A stretch of DNA of 64,000 nt from the NCBI RefSeq assembly GCF_009914755.1, contig NC_060929.1. The stretch is one strand, 5' to 3'. The notes under the pieces are model-generated. The model saw nothing but the letters and a program-made list of their open reading frames with translations, did no database searches and had not been told where the DNA came from. Shown piece after piece: positions 52,421-64,000 of this stretch. Each line of letters starts with the position of its first letter. The stretch's first letter is position 1. The position numbers and the translations under genes are program-made. This DNA comes from the human T2T-CHM13v2.0 reference genome, Homo sapiens.

Positions 52421-54000
52421 GAAGATTTCATGACTGAGGGATCATGAAAGTTTAAACCTAGATTTTCAGCAAAAGCAATTAATAGACTAGATAGAAGCAA
52501 AGAGAGTTAAGTGACTGTTTTCTTTATGGCATAAGAATTTCCCATAATAAGAAATACATAAGAAATCTGAAGCTCAATATTAAAGATGAGTATTAAATAT
52601 TAATCATATCAGTAGTAGTAATAGATACATTTTAGGCCTCTAATGCCTTTTATCACTTTTTACCTTGTTTCCTTCTCCTACTTTACAACAGGAGGCAGGC
52701 CTTTCCCTTCCAAAGTTGTGCTCTTCATAATGGTAGTTAAAATCTCTTGAGATTTCCATACTTGGAAAGTGTTTTGGGATATTGTGGGTATCCTAGATAT
52801 GAAAATATAAATGACATATATTCTAGTAAATGTTGGCTATATGGTCATATATTAAAAAAAAAAAATTATTTCCCTTCCTGATCCTAGAGGATCGATTCTA
52901 TATGTGATGGATTTCGTATAGACTGATAAAGAATTGGATGCAGCAAGCCCCACATGGTGAGGTCCTCTCCGCCCGGTAAGCATACACAGTCAAGTGTCAG
53001 CAGTATGGGTCTGCAGCCCTTGGGTTTGTATCTCATCTGGCCCTTTTTAAGAAAACTGGGGGGAGCAGAAGCCCCAGACCAAAATGCAAAGCCCAGGTCA
53101 GATCTGCTTTGACATCATCTTCCCTTTCCTTCTCTAGTAATGTGGTGATGGCAACACCCTCTTATTGTGAAATTGGCCTTTACCATCCATTGTGCAGATG
53201 AAAAATTTAATTAGTGGGAATGGTGGGGAATATGAAGTACATTGAAAACATCTGACTATTAAGAGAAAGTTGTCCAAAGCAGGGATAATATCCCTTTAAG
53301 GGTGAAAAAGAAAACTTTCCCAAGAAGGAAATTTAGAAGAGGATATATAATTCAGTGACCAAACAAGCCTTGTCAAGTTTTTAAAAAGTACAGTTTAGAA
53401 AATTAATGGTTAGGATTTCAGTGGGGCATGTTCATCAGCAAAATGCTATAATGTTAGAAACAGTATCTACTGTTGGAACCAGGCAGGGGCCTATTATTAC
53501 TGGTTTAGAATGGCGTATTTTCTTAGCTATATTAATTCTGTTAAAAATAATTCATCTTCCACTTTTGTTTTTCTTTCTCCCATTGAAACTGCAAAGACGT
53601 TAAATAGAAAAGCAGTAGATTAAATTAATTTCTTATCTGGGGAGAAGTTATTAAATGTTACACGGTTATAGTCATAATAAATAGCATATGTAATATAGGA
53701 AACTTCATATGATTACTGGTATACCTCATGGCATTCTAAGATAAGGTTCTCCCTTGAAATGAAAAATACGTACTCTTAATAAACCATTTGGGAATTGCTG
53801 CTGGAAGTATTTGTTGGATTGACTGGAGTAGCACTTCTGTAGTTGACACATATACAGCGTAGCCTTGCCAAGAAAGCCACGTTTTACCATACCACAGAAG
53901 TTTTCTTGAGCTTGCTCACTCTTTGCCAACCCAGTTAATCCCCAAAGAGAACCATTTGTTGAGGACAGCAGCTCCCTAACCTCACAGATCCTAGGCTTAC

Positions 54001-54305
54001 CATAGGCACACAGGATTCTGTAGTCAGCACAGCAAAAGAGTCCTTGCAGGCAGCACCAGCTGGTGGCACTGTCATATTGCCATGAACAGTCTTCTCTGAT
54101 TGGTGATCCCAGAAAGGCAGGAGGAGGAAGAGCCATCACTGGGACACAGGTTTTCTACCACAGCAGGGCAGCAGCTATGTCCATCTATACCAACCACTCG
54201 TGGCCAAGGCAGTGCCTGGACATATGTGTTCCTACACTTTCCTTTGATCTTCCGGGGGATTTTTACTTAATTGTCTCATTTCCTACAACAAATCTTAAAC
54301 TTTCC
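54001..54305 (-). other. Candidate exon, 305 nt, probably non-coding
   Basis: Acceptor ctgtttcccctttttctactatag|G and donor ATG|gtaagc in unique, GC-richer sequence. Confidence 0.3.
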
Positions 54306-56679
54306 CTATAGTAGAAAAAGGGGAAACAGTTTTCACCAGTTCTGGCACAAGCTTTGCCTCTGGTGGCATCAGTTCTCTCCAGCTGCTTTGCTGGTCCCAC
54401 TGTCAGAGGTGGCATGCCAGCTCTGCATTATTTACACCTGGGTCAGGCAGCTTGCCCTCGAACCTGACTAGCTGACGGGGCAACCTGGGAGTGGAACTCG
54501 ACGCCATGATCTGCAGCTCCTGCGTGTGATTTGAGATGCCAAGCATGTGTGCACAGTGTCTGTAATGAATCATCTTTTTGTATTGTGCTGGTTGGGCCTT
54601 GTCTTGCCAAGCACCACTTACAGCCTTTGTTGGCGGGGCCTGTTACCTTCGCTTACACCACATGATGTGCTTAAGGATCACTTATCCAAGCAACATGGCC
54701 TCTCTTCACTGAGGCAACCGAACCTCTTACATTTCAATATCTCTCCGACTGGTGAAAAATAAGCCCTTCAGCAGGGCCAGTGTCTTTAGAGCTCAGAGCC
54801 ACACTGCTCTGCAGCTCTGCAGGCTTTGCTGAGTCCTTTGAGGGGATCAATAGGAGCCGGGTGGCATGGTTCCTGGCCCTGGCACGGACCCTTCCCGTAA
54901 TGTGATAATCCCAGCAGGCCGGCCCTGAGGAGGAGGCGGCCAGCATGCTGTCCTTAGAAATCAACTTCTGACCTCCTGGCTTTCTTCCCCTTTCCCCAAA
55001 ACTATTTTGTTTAAAATGCTAGCTTCTCTGTCATAAATTATTCTTTAGTTAAGGGGTTTGGCTCCTGTGTGAGTTACTGTGGTTTGAGAAGAAAAAGGAA
55101 AAAGAAAAAGGAACATCTTAGTGTAGCCAAGACCCAAACCCTAACCAAGAAAAAGTGGAAACAGGCTGGGAAAGGTAAAGTAGCAGGCAGGGAGTGGGTT
55201 TTTATTCACACGCTGTTTTAAACGGTGCAGCTCATTACTTGTTGATAATGTGCATTTTAGAAGTGTCTTTTCTGTACCCGAACTTCTCCAGGGAGTGGGC
55301 TAAGAAGAATATGCGTTTTGATGGTAGCAGTGGATTCTTTGGGTTATCACCCTGCTTAGAGCTGCTTCTCTAACATGCCCCTGAAAGTCCAGAAACAGGC
55401 CAGGGACCAGAACTTCTCAGACAGAAGTTTTCCTGAGGTCCACAGAGATCATGGCCATGAGTAGAACAAGAGCAAGTGGCATGGATCCAACAGTGTGACC
55501 AGGAGAGCATGTCAGTGGCATCTCCACTTGATTTTGCAGAGAAAGCTTTTGTTTGTGATTTAGCTGGCATTTTCCGTGCCATTACTGGTTGTTCAGCAGG
55601 AAAACAAAAATTAACCCAATGTCCAATCCAATTTAATGTTTTACTCTTAATTCCAATCATTTAAAAACTCCCTTCACATAGTATAAAGTCTCTTTTGAAT
55701 AAAAATGCTCAGTCTTTCCAAAGCCTCCTCCTCCCTCATTGCTCTCTTTTCAGTGGCCTCTGGTTGTGTGAGGCCTTGGGAGGAAATAGGCTCCTAGCTT
55801 CTGGCTTACCCTTATGCATAGTGACTGGTAGTAGCAGCAGGTCTCCTAGGCACTGTGCCTTGACCCCCGGGTGGTCCTGGCCTCACTGGCTCCATATTCT
55901 GCAGCAAAGAAGTATGTGGCCTCTTCTTTTGGCTTTGAATGTTTCGCGGAGCCTCCACCACCTTCTTGTTGCTTTGGCCTCCCATCATGCTCCCTAGCTG
56001 TGGAGCTTCACCCTCTGGCCTCAGTACCCCCTGCCTTTGCAAGAGCACCTTGCCTGTCCCTAGTAGGGTCCCCAGCAGGCCCATTCTCTCCCAACTCAGC
56101 ATGCAGGCTACTGGGGGTTGAGACCAGCTGAAGAGCCAAGCTCAGGGCCTCTCTTGACCCCACTGGGATGCCTTATCTGGCTTAGGGGTACCTGGCAGCC
56201 TGAGAGGTAGCACCTTCTCAGAGACCATGGTGGGCAGCCAGGCAAAAGCCACCTGACTTCTTTGTTCTGTCTCATGTCTCCCACCATTGGGAACAAAACC
56301 CAGGGAGGGGCAGCCAGAAGACACATGTCTGATTGCTGTTCCTTCCTGCCTAGGTGTCGCCTTATTTTTTCCCAGGGAAGAGATCAAGGAGTGAAATATC
56401 CCTGCATTTCTGTCTTCCTGTTTGTTCTAATTAAGCCTTCAACAAGGGTACTTGGCATATCACTTCTATCACAGAAGACATCAATTAGCTGGGCTTCCTA
56501 GGATGGCTCTCCACCTGCCAAAGGAATAGAACAAAGGAATTAAGCAAAGCCTCTCTTTCCACAAAGCCTGGTATTAAAACCCCAAATCTCCCTAAGAAGT
56601 GAAATGCCAGCCTTACCATGGGGTGATATTTCTAATAGCTTGACCTTTAGGATGAGAAATTGCAATAAAATATCCATTA

Positions 56680-56883
<204 letters not shown>

Positions 56884-56904
56884 TTAAACCTCATGAGGCC
56901 AGAA

Positions 56905-56968
56905 CTGCCTCACTGCACAACTCCGGGAGGAAAGGATGGGCGCCCCCTGGAATTGTGGCATGTGTCAC
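56905..56968. mobile_element. MER91-like (hAT-Tip100) palindromic core with CTCF-like motif
   Basis: CACTGCACAACTCCGGGAGG…ATGGGCGCCCCCTGGAATTGTG matches recalled MER91 (CACTGCACAACTCCAGGGGGCGCC…ATGGCGCCCCCTGGAGTTGTG). Confidence 0.7.
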
Positions 56969-57499
56969 TATTATCTGTTCTTTTAAATGCATGTGTCCAT
57001 CTGGGGTAGAGCTGCAAGTCAAAGGAAAGGATGACAGAGGTAAAAATCTTTTTAGAATGAAGTGTTAGTCAAATGTTTAGCCATGATCTTTTCTTCTTAA
57101 TACTGTTTGCTCCTGTGATGGGGGAATGGGGGAATAATCAGGAAAAAGGAAAGTTACATTCAAGTTAAGCAGCAAGAAGCCCCAGGTGAAACATATTGTA
57201 ATTATCCTGTTCCTGACCTTCTTCATTGAGAATGCTTCTTTCTAGTGTTTTTTGTCTAGTGTTCTTCCCTCAGCTGTGCCCGTACTCCTAGGATATGATC
57301 CTGATGTTACTGTATTTCAATCCTTTGCCTGAACAGAAAGTCTTTCTGTGCCTTAAGCTTCCTTTGGTAGTTTCCCATGAAAGTTTAAAAATGAATGTTA
57401 AAATAAATGACAGGCTGGAGTATGCACTTTCAAAGGGTAAATTATATCAATAACGCTGTTATTTTTGAAGAGAAAAAAAGACATGCAATCATCCACACA

Positions 57500-58640
57500 C
57501 AGTATTTTCTTTTTCTCAAAAAGGATGGGTCATATTAAAAACAAGATCATATCACATGAGCGTCTTTGAATGTTGATTTACTTACTGAACCATAAATGGC
57601 AAATTTCTCTGAATTAATTCACATAATATAACACAGTCTTTTTAATGTTACTGAATACATTTTATGGATGTAGTGACACACATATGTTCAAGAATTCCTC
57701 TTTTGATAAACACTTTATTTCTTTTTTTTTTTTTTTTTACTAAAGTAAGTCTTTATTTAAACACTTAGTAAATAAATACATTATGTGCTATTATTACCAT
57801 GGAATAAATTCACAGGAGTGGAATTGTGTGGCTTATGGTATATGTATTTGCAATTTAGTAGATATAGCCAGGTTACTTTTCAAAAAAGACTAATAATTCA
57901 TAATTCCACAAACAACATAGTAAAATTTTTTTCCATATCCCTGATAAAAATAGGTGTTACAATTCTTTATTTTTTACATTCTAATGGATTTAAATTATCT
58001 CATTGTTGCTTCAACAGAATTGAGTGCTTTTTGATATTCTGCTTGCAATTTACTATTTATATTGATTATTGCAACATCTATTGGGTTGTTTTCCTTTTTG
58101 TTATTAATTTATAAAAATTTATAAAAGCTATTCATATAAAAAGATATTAATCATTTTTCTGTCATATGGGTTACAAAATGTTTCCCAATGTGATCTCTTT
58201 TTCAAACAAATCTTTTAATTTCAAATATTTAAATATATCTATACGTGTGTGTGTGTGTTCTCAGAATTGGTAAAATCATCTCCCCTGCCTTTAAGATTGT
58301 AAGTATAACATTTTTGAAGTATTTTATTCTTTTTTTTTTTTTACATATAAGTCTTCTATCCATCTGGAATTTATTTTTACGTTTGGTGTGAATTAAGGGT
58401 TCAACTTAATTTTCTTCCAGATGGATAACCAGTTGTTCGAGCTCCATTCATGAAATAAGCCACATCTTCACACTGTTTGAAATATCACCATAGTTATATG
58501 TTAAACTTCAGTTTATTCCAGGATTTATTTCTCTTTATTCTCTTTATTGCACTAACTTGTCTATTCCTATGCCAGGACTATAGTCTTTTGTTTGCAGTAG
58601 CTTTACAGAATGTTTTCATTTCTGATAGGGCAGGTCCTTC
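57500..58640 (-). mobile_element. Old L1ME-type 3' region
   Basis: GGAGTGGAATTGTGTGG…TCCATCTGGAATTTATTTTT…TTTTCTTCCAGATGGATAACCAGTTG…GTAGCTTTACAG antisense L1M motifs. Confidence 0.7.
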
Positions 58641-59129
58641 CTTCGATAGTTTCAGTGACCAGCGAGAAATGTATAAAAGATTACCCATCAAGTTGCTTAC
58701 TTTAGTTCATGAGGGGCAGAAGGAGGAGCTATTGGAGAAGTCATGTAAGATATAGATGGAAAAAGAAAGGAAAAGGGAAGTGGAAAAAAACACTGCAAGG
58801 TAAAAATTATTCCTATATATATATGGAAAATCTCATCCACCTCTTTTCCTTCTTCCCATTCCATAGAGGATGATGGTGTGAATGTTAGCAGTGAAATACA
58901 TTATCACCATCATCATCATTTCCAAATGAGCATCTTTTTGTGACTACCCAACTGTTACAATTGGTAAGGCCCACTTTCTAGTGGCTGATACCTCTGCCGT
59001 ACTAGCTGTGAGTTTGCTGAATTCAGAGAGGAATATAGTTGATAAAATCTGGCCCTCTGAAAGGAGAACCATCTTCTACTCCAAAATGATCAACCACACT
59101 GAATTATTACTTTTCAAAAAAGAAAAGCA

Positions 59130-59236
59130 AATTTTTATTTTTTAATTGACAAAAATTGTTCATATTTATCATGTACAACATGATGTTTTGAAATATGTAT
59201 ACATTATAGAATGGTTCACTTGAGCTAGTTAATATA
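59130..59236 (-). mobile_element. L1MA (MA7-9-like) 3'-terminal fragment
   Basis: TTTTAATTGACAAAAATTG…GTACAACATGATGTTTTGAAATATGTATACATT…GAGCTAGTTAA. Confidence 0.8.
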
Positions 59237-59461
59237 CGCATTACTACACATTTTTGATAACAACAAATTCCCAGAAGAATGATAATAATATTGTGCTGAA
59301 ATCTGCTACATATATTGTTTTAAAATTCAAAAGGCTCATTTGTTTTCTGCCTGAAAATGGATAAGATTAAATGTGCTTCTGATAAGTCTGTTTTGAATGG
59401 ATCATTCAATACTGTTTAATATTCATTTTTAAAGCCAAATAACATATAAAATTATAATATT

Positions 59462-61420
59462 TTGTTTTCTTTTTATAGATTCAATTTTTATTTTAGATTC
59501 AGGGCTTACATGTGCAAGTTTGTTACTTGAGTATATTGTGTCATGCTGAGATATGGAGTATGATGGATTCCATCACTGAGCATAGTACCCAATTGCTAGT
59601 TTTTGAACTCTCTCTCTCCCTCTCCCATCTTATGTTCCATAGTATCTATTGTTGCCATCTTTATGCCCAAGAATACCCATTGCTTAGCTCTGACTTATAG
59701 GTGTGGGCATGCAGTATTTGGTTGTCTGTTCCTGCATTAATCCACTTAGGATAATGGCTTCCAGCTGCATCCATATTTCTGCAATAACAACAACAAAAAA
59801 AGCCCATTCTTTTTTATGGCTATGTAATATTCCACAGTGTATATGTACTATATTTTCTTTATCCAATTCAGCATTGATGGGCACCAAGGTTGATTTCATG
59901 TCTTTGCTACTATGAATAGTGCTGTAATGAACATACAAGTACATATGTCTTTTTGGTGAAATGATTTATTTTTTGGGGGGGTATATACAAAATAATGGGA
60001 TTGTTGGGTCAAATGGTAGCTCTAAGTTCTTTGAGAAATCTCCAAATGGTTTTCCATAGTGGCTGAATTAATTCACATTCTCACTAACAGTGCATAAGTG
60101 TTCCCTTTTCTCCACAGCCTTGCCAGCATTTGTTAACTTTTTAGTAATAGCCATTCTGACTGGTGTGAGATAATATCTCATTGTAGTTTTGATTTGCATT
60201 TCTGTGATGATTAGGGATGTTGAGCATTTTTTAATATGTTTGTTGATCACTTATATGTCTTCTTTTGAGAAGTGTCTGTTCATGTCTTTTGCCCATTTCT
60301 TAATGGGTTATTTGTTTTTTGCTTTTTCAATTGTTTAAGTTCCTTATGGATTCTAGATATTAGACCTTTGTTGGCTCCATAGTTTGCAAATATTTTCTCC
60401 CATTCAGTAGGTTGTCAGTTTGCTCTGTTTGTAATTTATTTTGCTGTGCAAAAGCTCTTTAAATTGTTCTCACTTGTCAATTTTTGTTTTTGTTGCAATT
60501 GCTTTTGAGGACTTAGTCATAAGTTATTTTCCAAGACCCATGTTTAGAATGATGTTTCCTAGGTTTTCTTCTAGAATTCTTATAGTTTGAGGTCTTACAT
60601 TAAAATCTTTAATCCATCTTCAGTTAGTTTTTGTGTATGGTGAAAGGTAGAGGTTCAGTTTCAATCCTTATATGGCTAGCCAGCTATCCCAGCACCATTT
60701 AATGAATAGGGAGTCCATTTCCCCTTGCTTGTTTTCGTCAACTTTGTAGAAGATCAGATGACTATAGATGTGTGACTTTAGGCACTCTGTTCTGTTCCAT
60801 TGGTCTGTTTCTGTTTTTGTACCAGTACCATGTCATTTTGGTAACTGTAGTCTTATAGCATAGTTGGATGTTGAGTAAAGTGATGCCTCTGGATCTGTTG
60901 TTTTTGTTTAGGTTTGCATTGACTATTTGTGCTCTTTTTTGGTTCCATATGAATTTTAGAATAGTTTTTTTCTAGTTCTGTGAAAAATGACGTTGGTAGC
61001 TTGATGGGAGTAGTGTTGAATCTGTAGATTGTTTTGGGCAGTATGACCATTTTACTGATACTGATTCTTCCAATCCATGAACATGGAATGTTTTTCCATT
61101 TATTTATGTCATCTATGATTTCTTTTAGCAGTGGTTTCCAATGTTCCTTGTAGAGATCTTTGATCTACATGGTTAGAGAAGTTTTTTCGCAACTATCATA
61201 AAAGGGATTGCATTCTTGATTTGGCTCTCAGCTTAAAATTTATTGGTATATAGAAATGGTATACATTTTTGTATATTGATTTTGTATCATGTAACTTTAC
61301 TGATTTTTTTTTATCAGTTCTAGGAGACTTTTGGCAATCTTTAGGGTTTTCCAGGTACAGAATCATATTGTCAGCAAAGATAGATAGTTTGACTTCTTCT
61401 TTTCCTATTTGGATACCTTT
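59462..61420 (-). mobile_element. L1PA15/16-type element, 3' ~2 kb, 5'-truncated
   Basis: Antisense 3'UTR (TTTTATTTTAGATTCAGGG…ACATGTGCAAGTTTGTTAC) and ORF2 remnants 60068-60250 ([20 protein letters not shown]) and 60853-61050 ([17 protein letters not shown]). Confidence 0.93.
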
Positions 61421-63773
61421 CTACACTAAATTATTAACAGCAGAGCTGAATATCATTTTGGAAGTTAAATATCCTGATGGACACAACTCATTATTGCACA
61501 TTTAGCTAAGTGCAGAAAGAGAAAATTGTTTCAGGAAACAAATCTTGAATTTCTCCCTTGAGTAAAAGGATCCTTTCTGCTTCAGGAGGTTTTATTTATA
61601 CCAGCAACCCCAAGGGTCTCTCCATCCACTCATTGTTTCTCACAGCCTCAGTTAGCATGCTATGTTAAGAGTACACATTTACATAATTGGCTATTCCTGA
61701 TTGGAATAGATGTATTTTAACCCATTTTGGGAAGCATGCAATAAAAAACTCGCATTGTAGATTTTTGGAAGCCTAATTGTTTCTTTTTTTCTTTCAAATT
61801 TTCTCTCTTTCTAAAAAAATTCCTGTTGCTTCTTCAGTCTTGATGATTTTTTTTCTTGTTTAGTTAATGTGGTTATATTCTCTATGAAACTATTATAGAT
61901 TTACCCTTTATCTTATTGCCAAGGAGAATGTGTAATTAAATCCTTGATTTAATATATAGATTTTGTGTTCAAGGAATGGCATGGGAAAATTTAATGAAGT
62001 CATTTTAGTGAAGCAATTAGCAGTCATTTTGTATGTGAAGCTTAATTGGGAAAATTGGGGGTGACTGTAGAAATAAGATGATGTATGGAAACCTAAATGC
62101 TCACTTTCTCTTTTTCTTTTTGCGTTACCTATTACTGCATCACCTACATTGCTCTTACTAGAATGATTTATGTATAGTTCTCCTTGAGAAAAAGTAGGTA
62201 CCATAGACCATATGTTTTCATAACAATTTTTTTGAGTGTTTAAGTTAGAATCACCAGAAAGATGTACTTGAGATGGCATTCTAGATTGTTAATGTGAAAA
62301 AGATGTGTCAAGAGTCATATATAAGATGAAGATTTCAAATGATAGGTGTTTAGTTTCTATGTAGAGCTTTTGCTGCCCTCCACAACTACATCAAAAGATA
62401 TATTTCAAGTCCCCTTGGTCAGCTCTTCTGAGGAGATTTTACACAAAAGCCCCTTAATTGGCTGTCAGTGAGTAGCACCTAGTTCTTTTCCTGTCCATAA
62501 GATGTGGGAGAAAAAAAAGAGAGACATAAACTCAACAATATAATATTGTTGGAAATTATCTTATAGACACAAGCTTTGATTCCACATCTGCAGACTTGTG
62601 ACTAGAGGGCAAGGATCCCCCTCCCCTTCCTTTCACCATTACTCTAAAGCTGGTCTCAATTCAAGATAAAAAGAAAGTTCTAAACTTTAAGATTATTTTA
62701 ATATCAAAGGGAGATGATGAAAACGGCATTTCCATCCAAATTATAAGCTTATGTTTTCTTTTTAAATTAAATATGCTTAAAAAGCCAATCTCCAAATTTT
62801 AGCACAGATGCTCACAAAGAATAGAGGCAATGGTTATTTAGCCAAGGGGGTTAATAATTAAGTGTTTTATTAAGCTGGCCTAATTTACATTTTAATTCAA
62901 AAAGCATATTATAAATTAAAAGGAAAAAGCGTGTTTCTAAAAAAATGTCAAAAATCAAATATCAAAATAAAGATCAATCCTTTGAATTTGGTTCAAAAAT
63001 TTTTGAGATGAGTAAGATATAGTAAGAGGACTGTGTGATAGGAGCATATTTCTGAAATCCTTATCCAATTTTTTTCTTTAAATATTTTCTATTTTCTCTC
63101 CTAGCTAGGAGAGATAATTTTGATAGATAGCTGGAACTCGTTGTTTCCTAGATTTTTTTTCAGTTTAAAATTCCTAAGACCCAAGTTGTAAGAAAAATAG
63201 ATGGCATGGATTTGGAGAGAATGGAATTTTCTTTGGAAGACAGAAAACATCTTTTTGGGCTAAGAAAGAGAAAGACTCTGCAACCTGGACAGAGGGACCC
63301 TGAGCACTGCTTCTTGGGCAGTGCCACGTAGGTAATAGAACACCAGATGGATCTGGCAGGCACTAGAAGAGAGCTTGAAATCTGTTATGGCTGTATTCCA
63401 TTAAGATCCTGGACCACTACTTCTGCACAGAAGCAGAAGAATGGTTCCCATGCTCTGGAGTAGAGCTTCTTCAGAAGTAGTGAAGACACAGTTCTAAAAA
63501 GCCAAGCAGACAGCAAAGAGGCCTGTCTTCAGGGATCCAACTGAGTGCCCAAAAGGACAATGAATGGTTCAGTGTATGTTTATGTAGTATTAAGGCTGGA
63601 AGAATCAGACGAATGCCATGTACTACACCAAGTCTTCATACTCAGTACTAAAGATGAGAGGGAGAGGACATGGCAAACTGATGGAAATGAAGCTTCTGTC
63701 ATCTGACACAGTGGGAGTTCAAAATGGAAATTTAGTTGAATTATACCCAATAAAGTTATAACGTCTCACTTAC

Positions 63774-63880
63774 CTGAGAGTGTGGATTGAGATTTATGCT
63801 CACGATATTTGAAAATGATGGGGGAAGATGGAGATGAGTACCACAATATCAACTGATTTCTATCACTTTATCACTGTTAG
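63774..63880 (-). other. Candidate non-coding exon, 107 nt
   Basis: Acceptor ctattcttctttaacttcag| and perfect donor CAG|gtaagt; stops in all three frames. Confidence 0.45.
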
Positions 63881-64000
63881 CTGAAGTTAAAGAAGAATAG
63901 TTCCTTTCTCTAACAAGAACATAACTCTCTTTGATAGCTGTTTGAAAGGATAGTCTGCATCAGTATAATGGCAAGAATTTTTAAAAGTTCCTTAAGGTTC

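Noticed and set aside
53726-54964. Possible processed pseudogene (ORFs of 137 and 76 aa, minus strand)
   Set aside because: No recognisable protein in the frames I read, and no polyA tail or TSD; kept only as an unexplained unique region.

Overview
Primate (catarrhine, most likely human or ape) genomic DNA that is AT-rich, CpG-depleted and roughly half interspersed repeats. The repeats include AluJ/S/Y, L1PA/L1MA/L1ME fragments, MIR, L2, MaLR LTRs (THE1C, MSTB, MLT1), other ERV LTRs, an ERVL internal remnant, hAT elements (MER5, MER91, MER94, Charlie-like) and one MADE1 MITE. No protein-coding gene can be supported: the supplied ORFs are L1/Alu/ERV remnants, microsatellite artefacts or chance frames. 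The window looks intergenic or deep intronic. Four well-formed minus-strand exon candidates (63774-63880, 54001-54305, 35625-35685, 27089-27154) may belong to a spliced, probably non-coding transcript. Other points of interest are a MADE1 hairpin with a paired stem substitution (miR-548-type candidate), an LTR inserted into an ERVL dUTPase remnant, an inverted pair of related LTRs, a degenerate 31-bp x8 array, a MER91-borne CTCF-like motif, and Z-DNA, H-DNA and cruciform-prone tracts. I found no evidence of a new biological system. Subfamily names come from recalled consensus sequences and need RepeatMasker/Dfam confirmation.
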